The notes below the pieces were generated by a model. That model did no database searches, was not told where the DNA came from, and worked only from the letters and a program-made list of their open reading frames with translations. A stretch of 64,000 nt of DNA from Azolla caroliniana (lineage: Eukaryota; Plantae; Polypodiophyta). Below, piece by piece: positions 57,787 through 64,000 of the stretch (within the stretch, counting starts at the first letter, position 1; every line of letters starts with the position of its first letter). Where the stretch lies: assembly GCA_043228905.1 (NCBI GenBank), contig JBHGNT010000021.1:9548001-9612000 (forward strand). The letters are read 5' to 3'. Position numbers and translations under genes: made by a program.

Positions 57787-60700
57787 TGTCGTGAAGATTT
57801 TTTGCAATGGTGTGAAAATCACATAAAACTACAAAAAGATGGAGATCTTGAAGAGCTTTTAGATGCACTTTACTTCATAAGAAACATACATCTAAGTGTC
57901 AACTTATGTGGGTAGGAAATTTGTAAAGACAAAGAGAAAATAAAAATGTGAGATATCCCACATAGACATGATAAATAAGGATCTCACCATATATAACGTA
58001 GAGCAAAAGCTATTATCTTTGTGTTTATGTGTGGAGCATAGTGAGTTCAAAGTGACTTGAACTAAGCTATTGGATGAATGGGTGTGGCTTGGCTACTTGT
58101 AAAGCTTTTGGCCAACCAAAACCGGACCGACGACGGAGCCGGTGGCATCCGACGTCCGAACGGTAAACGGGATCTGGCGACTGACAACTAGATGGATAAA
58201 TAAATAAATAAATAAATATACGTATACACAAAGAGAGAAAGTAAGGATTTGAACCTTACTCCTCCAAGTTAAGAGTCAATAGTCTTACCACTAAGCCAAC
58301 ACATTTTCTTGGAATTATATTTTTATCATTATAGTTTTACATGTAATTTCTCATACATTAGAGCTAAAATGAGTGACATGGTTATCATGCACCACATGTA
58401 ATACATGAGCGCCAAATGGCAAACATGCATTTTATGCATGTCTTGTACCCTCACATGCAGGAAGGCATGTATAAAAGAGGGGAGGAAAAAGATGAAAGGG
58501 CTAATGATTTTTTTTTGGATGATCAAATAAGAGACTTGTAACCCTATTGTTGATGCATCTTCTCTCTCAAATCTAAAATCAAGAGTTAAATCTTAATTTC
58601 AGTATCTCTCTCTCGCCATATCAATCTCTCTCAACCTTAAGTAAAGTGTTTAAATCTCATATTAATCTCAATATCTCTCAATCTATCTTAAAAACCTTTC
58701 TCGTTAAAGCTAGTGCAAACTTCGAATCCTTCCGGTTCAGGACCCCGGTGGTTCCGCCTCGCGATCTGCACATAGTGACGGATCTTCACGACATAATTAA
58801 GTGGTGAACCCGACGCGAAAGAGGCGATAGGAAGGATCAAGTCGAGGATCAACCAATACTTAAAGATGGCATCCTCAAGCAATCAAGTGGGAGAGTTCGA
58901 AAGGATGATGTTGATCGTCAAACAAATGATGAGATCTCGAGACAATGATGCAAGCGTGGAGAAGGCTATCGACCGTGTCGTGGAGCTCAAGGGTCAATTC
59001 GACAGAAAGAACATTACGAAGTTCCTTGATGCATACAAAAGGGAGATGAATCAAAGGGACGTGTTTGAAGCATGTCAAATCACGCCAACAACATCCAAAG
59101 GCGCGTCATCGAGCTTCAAGAAGGGAAGACAACGTGGTCGGAGTTCGAGAAAGCGATATTAGCGGAGTTCGTGGCGGAAGATTTGTCGAGGATGACTTGA
59201 CATGCCTTGATGAAGTGGATAGAAAAGTAGAATAAGAGGATGAGCGCTTCGAGGGTGTATGACGAGTTCGACCAAATGTTTCATCCTCTCCCCGCCACGG
59301 ACCAAGTGCTACTTGAGGAGGACAAGACTTTCTACTTCCTGAAAGTTGTGGACATGAAGGATAGGTGAGAATTGGGGACTCTTCTTGAAGATGATACCCA
59401 AGCGAACGGGCTTGTGGTGGACTGGGTTGCGGTGAAGCGAGCATGCAATAGGCTCGACAAGCGTCGTCAGTGGGTTGATGACACCGACTTGGCGGGATCG
59501 ATTGTCGTGGAGAAAACAAGACAACCGAAAGTAGCTGAGTTGCCCAAAAAAAGTAGCCTGGAAGAAAAGAAGATTGATGACGACATCATCGAAGAGCTAG
59601 TGAAGAAGTTCGAGATGGTCACGCATGCCAACATGAATTGTCGGGGCCCCAAAGGGAAAGAACCCTTTAGATGTGTGTGGTGCGATAGCATGGACCACAT
59701 GAGAAGGGATTGCGCGAGCCTTCGAGAAGCGATTTGACAAAATATCGTATACATAGATGACAATATGATCTGCTCGATTGAAACTTGAAGACCCCTGTGG
59801 GTGAATTTCGGAAGAGGGGGAATGAAGAAATCTATGGAAGATCTTGAGGCAACTCATATGGATGCGATGCACTATGCTGCAACGGCCGAAATAAGAGTCG
59901 GGAAAGACAAAAATGAAGCTACGAAAGTGGGAGCAAAGTTTTGGTCTTCCGTTCTCGAGTATGAGAAGATGGGGAAGGTCACATCGAACGAGGTAGAGCT
60001 TGCGGACCGAAGCGTGCAAAGCATAACCGGGTGGTCGGATCCGATGGATGACAACACCATACTCGCGGAAGTGATGTGCAACAACCACGAGGTGTTCGTC
60101 GAAGAAAAGAGAAAAAGAATAGAAGAACAAGGCCCATCAAAAAGACATGAAACAAGGAACGTGAAAAAGAAAGAAGATGCAGAAACGAGTCAATCTTTAC
60201 AAATGGAGGGAGGAGACGCTAGCCGAAAAGCGGAGATGAGCAAACGAGTCGATGAAACGGTTCGGCTCGTGAAGATTGGTGTTGAAGACCCCGCTCGAAA
60301 GACATGGACTATGCCTACCTATAAGCTAAGGTCGGACATAGAGCAGACAATAGACCTGAAAAAGATTCTCGAGTAATGTGTTCTTGATAGCCACGTGACT
60401 TTGTCTTTGAGGGAACTACTCGGCATTACGAAAAAGGAGTTCCATGACACGATTGTGGACCTTATAAAGAGAAAAAGGCAACAATCGGACGAAGAAGAAG
60501 AGAAGCCAGTAAAAGCGAAAGAAAATGCCATAACGATGGCAAGAGACGAAGTCGATGAAGAAATGGTGGACAACCACTATACTCGACCTCATTGGGCATG
60601 AGCGACAACGGAGACACCGGTGAAGATTGGGGAGAAGAAAGAGACCGTGGTAGCCTTGATTGACCACGGCTCGGAGATCAACCTCATGTCAACCGACTTC

Positions 60701-63700
60701 TACAATAAAAATCATGGATGGAAGATTCGCGCGACAACAAAGACTACGGAGGACTTGTACGGAGCTTGTCCCAATGTTAAAGTTGCGATTGGGGATGTGG
60801 AGATGGATCAACACTTCTTCGTGCAAGAATCGGCGTCGCATCCTATCATCCTAGGACATCCAAATATCACATCATCTCGGATGGAAACCAAAGTGTTCGA
60901 CAATGGTGTGGCATTTGCTCGAGTAAAGAGTCTTGACAACCAAAGATCTGTTCAATTCCTAACGGTGCGAGCTAATCATGAAAGAAATCGAGATAGTCTT
61001 GGAGGCGAATCCTCGGATTTTTAGAATGGACTATTGGAGCATGGGGCACAAATAGTCCGAGCAATCACAAGTCCCCACAAGAAAATAGAGCACGTGGATT
61101 GCGAGGAGAAGTAACATGTGTCACACCTAGTGGTGCATGTAAACTAGTACTACCTGACAAGAAGGACAAGCGTCGGATACAAGATTTCGAAAAGATGCTG
61201 AAAGAAGAAAACATAATAGAAGAAGAAGAGTTCGTGACACATATTATGGACGAAGCCTCATTTAACGACACCATTGGCGAAATCGAGGACGTCGTGGACT
61301 TGAGCTATCTTCACGACCAACGCGTGATTTCGGTTAACTCCATCAACATGTACGCTATCATCGATGAATACTATCGTGGCATCTTGATGGAGGAAGCTGT
61401 AGTCAACACAAAATATAAAACGGTGGATAAGAAGATCAAGCCAGTTGCGGTTCCACTACCGGAAGATAGTTGGCAAAAGATGAAGGAAGTCGCTAATGAT
61501 CCAAGCTTAAGGGATCCAAAGACAATAGGTCATGTCTTCACCGAAGAGACGGAAAGAAAGCTACAAGTTGGAAAGGAGGATTTCCTCCTCCCTGAAGAGG
61601 AGCGAAAGTTTCGTGAAATGCTTGAAAGGCACGGGAAAGCCTTCGCGTTCTCTCGCCAAGAAATCAGATGTGCCGACCCAAAGATTATAGAGCCGATGGT
61701 GATCTTCACGGTGCTGCATGTGCCTTGGAATTTGAAACCGATACCAGTTCCAAGAGCGCACCTTCCGAAGCTGATCGAGCTCTTAAAGGAGAAAGTGAAT
61801 ATGGGTATTCTAGAACCGTCGAATGCTCCTTACTCTAATAGGTGGTTCACGGTGCCGAAGAAGAATGGATCATTGTGATTCATCCAAGATCTTCAACCCG
61901 TTAACAAGGTGACAATTCGAAATGTTGGAATCGGTCTGAGCGTGGACGAATTTGCTGAGGCGTTTGCGGGCCGGTCCATCTACTCCATTGGTAATCTCTA
62001 CTCCGGATATGACCAATTCCAATTGGCGATTGATAGTCGTGACATTACAACCATGAGGACTCTGATCAGGCTTGTCCGGATGTGTACCTTACCTCAAGGT
62101 GCAATGAACTCGGTGCCTCATATGGTGAATGCCATGAACAAGGTCTTGAAGGATTGCATCCCGGACATCACGATGCCATTTTTGGATGATATTCCAATAA
62201 AAGGATGTTCGGATGAAGAGAAGAATGAATCAAAAGATAAGGAAGGGTGTAGAAAGTTCGTCGCGGATCATATGAAAGATTGTGAGAAGGTGCTCCAAAG
62301 GCTCAAAGATGCGAATTTGACATTTTCGGGAGAGAAATCCACATTCGGGTAACCAGAGATCTTGGTGGTAGGTCACTTATGTGGAGCATACAGCCGGAAG
62401 CCTTCACCATCAAAGGTGAACACGATCCAGGACATGATAGAAGAATGCGTAAACCAAATGGAGGTTCGAAGGTTCCTTGGAGCATGTGCATTTTACCATA
62501 TATGGATTCTGCACTACGCTCATGTCACCGAGCTATTATATGGATTGTTAAAGAAAAGAGTGAAGTTCGAATGGCGTGACGAGCACACGAACGCGATGCG
62601 GAGATTGAAGAAACAACTTCTTGAAGCTCCAACACTAAGAAAGGCCGACTATACCGAAGGAAAGCTGATTTATGTGACTGTAGATACGAGCCCAACCGGA
62701 ATTGGGTGGGTCATCAACCAAGAAGGAGAAGATAATGCGTTGTATGCCATCCGGTTCGGAGCAAAAGTTCTCAGGGAACGACAACAAAGATACACCCAAG
62801 TCAAGTGGGAACTTTGGGGTATTGTGTCGGTAGTGAAGACGAACAAAGATTACCTGATCGGGTCGGAAGTGATAATAGAGATAGATTGTCTCCCAATCCT
62901 CGGAATGATATCAGGATGTGCGACCCCAGATTTAGCTATGCTAAGGTGGATCGCCTATATCAAGTCTTTAAGCCCAGAGATTCGCCACATTGCAAGCAAG
63001 AAGAACGCCATGGCTGAAATGCTGTCAAGGGCAAGATTTGAAAGTGAAAATGACATGGTTTTGGAAGATGAAGATGTCACCCTTGACTTCTTCAAGATGG
63101 CTCGATTATCGGCGGAAGACAAGGACACGCTAACCCTCCACGCCTTCAACGAGGACGAGTATGAAGGAGAGTGGTTACTAATCGGTAGATTCTTAAGAAC
63201 AATGACAACGAATGCTTCGTTGACAAAGGAGGAGGCTCTACGAATCCGGAAGAAAGCTTATCGATACTTCCTGAAGGGAGGATTCCTTTGGCGACACCCA
63301 AAAAGAAGGATGGGAATACCACGCCGAGTGGTGGTGAAGAAAGAAGTGCAAGTGACGCTGATGACCAAATTCCACGAGAGTGCTTGGGCAGGTCATAGAG
63401 GAACATGGGCGACGTTCAAAAAGTTGAAGGAAAAGTACTGGTGGCCAAGCATGTACAAAGATGTACTCCATTTCGTGTCCACATGCGAAACTTGCCAAGT
63501 ACATTCCAACATACGTCATCGTGATGAGCTACGACCGACATACCCGCTCACCATACACTTCAAATGGATGGTGGATCCGGTCTCAATGCCAATGGGAGTG
63601 GGACAAATAAAGTACTTAGCTCTGGCAAGAGAAGACTTGACAAATCAAGTGGAAGGACGGGCTTTGACAAATAAGACGACGTTGGCTGTTTACAAATTTC

Positions 63701-64000
63701 TACTCGAAGAGGTTGTCTGCCGATACGGATGTGTGGGAAAGATAGTCGCCGACCGAGGGGAGTTGGATGCACACGAAGCAATAGAGCTTTTCGAATGACT
63801 AGACGTGAAGCTCTCCCTCACGACTGCCTACAATCCAAAAGCGAATGGGAAGATCGAGCGAGGGCATGGACCTATCGTTAAAGCCATCATACGAGCATGC
63901 AACGGTCGAGTAGGGAATTGGCCACAACTATTGCCCTATGCCTTGTGGGCCGAGAGAACGACACACAGCTCGGTGACGGGGTATATGCCAACGGAGCTTA
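57787..64000 (+). mobile_element. Gypsy J: degenerate relative of H (5' LTR 57787-58793; gag-pro 58866-61024; pol from 61015 to the window end)
   Basis: LTR with a perfect 12-bp terminal inverted repeat TGTCGTGAAGAT/ATCTTCACGACA. Trp PBS at 58802. Proteins align with H ('ALIDHGSEINL', 'PWNLKPIPVPRAH', 'FLDD'). Many stops. Confidence 0.93.
58197..58305 (-). other. tRNA(Lys)-like, SINE-like module inside the Gypsy J LTR
   Basis: Minus strand reads TGGCTTAGTGG (A box), GACTCTTAA (CTT loop), GTAAGG-TTCAAAT-CCTTAC (T arm), then (TTTA)n. Confidence 0.6.

Overview
Land-plant nuclear DNA, probably a non-seed plant (inferred from the TE lineages). One intact host gene, a 14-exon xanthine dehydrogenase (minus strand, 17198-27785, 1372 aa as I assembled it), sits as an island between two blocks of nested retroelements. 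The left block (1-14.6 kb) holds two LINE fragments, a Tcn1-like chromoviral Ty3/gypsy relic and three interleaved Ty1/copia relics. The right block (29.6-64 kb) is an old Copia split by at least four insertions. These include a Ty3/gypsy family with a tRNA-Trp PBS, present as a near-pristine autonomous copy (800-bp LTRs, one mismatch seen, 4-bp TSD), a decayed relative and a gag-only non-autonomous partner. Main signals: (i) a covarying -1 frameshift cassette (GGAUUUU plus H-type pseudoknot) placed after a DHG-motif protease in that family; (ii) its CG-centred insertion sites; (iii) stems enclosing the PPT/LTR junction and the TATA box in several Copia families; (iv) a tandem element with convergent tRNA-like modules at the gene/TE boundary. 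All coordinates were read by eye and no database searches were run.
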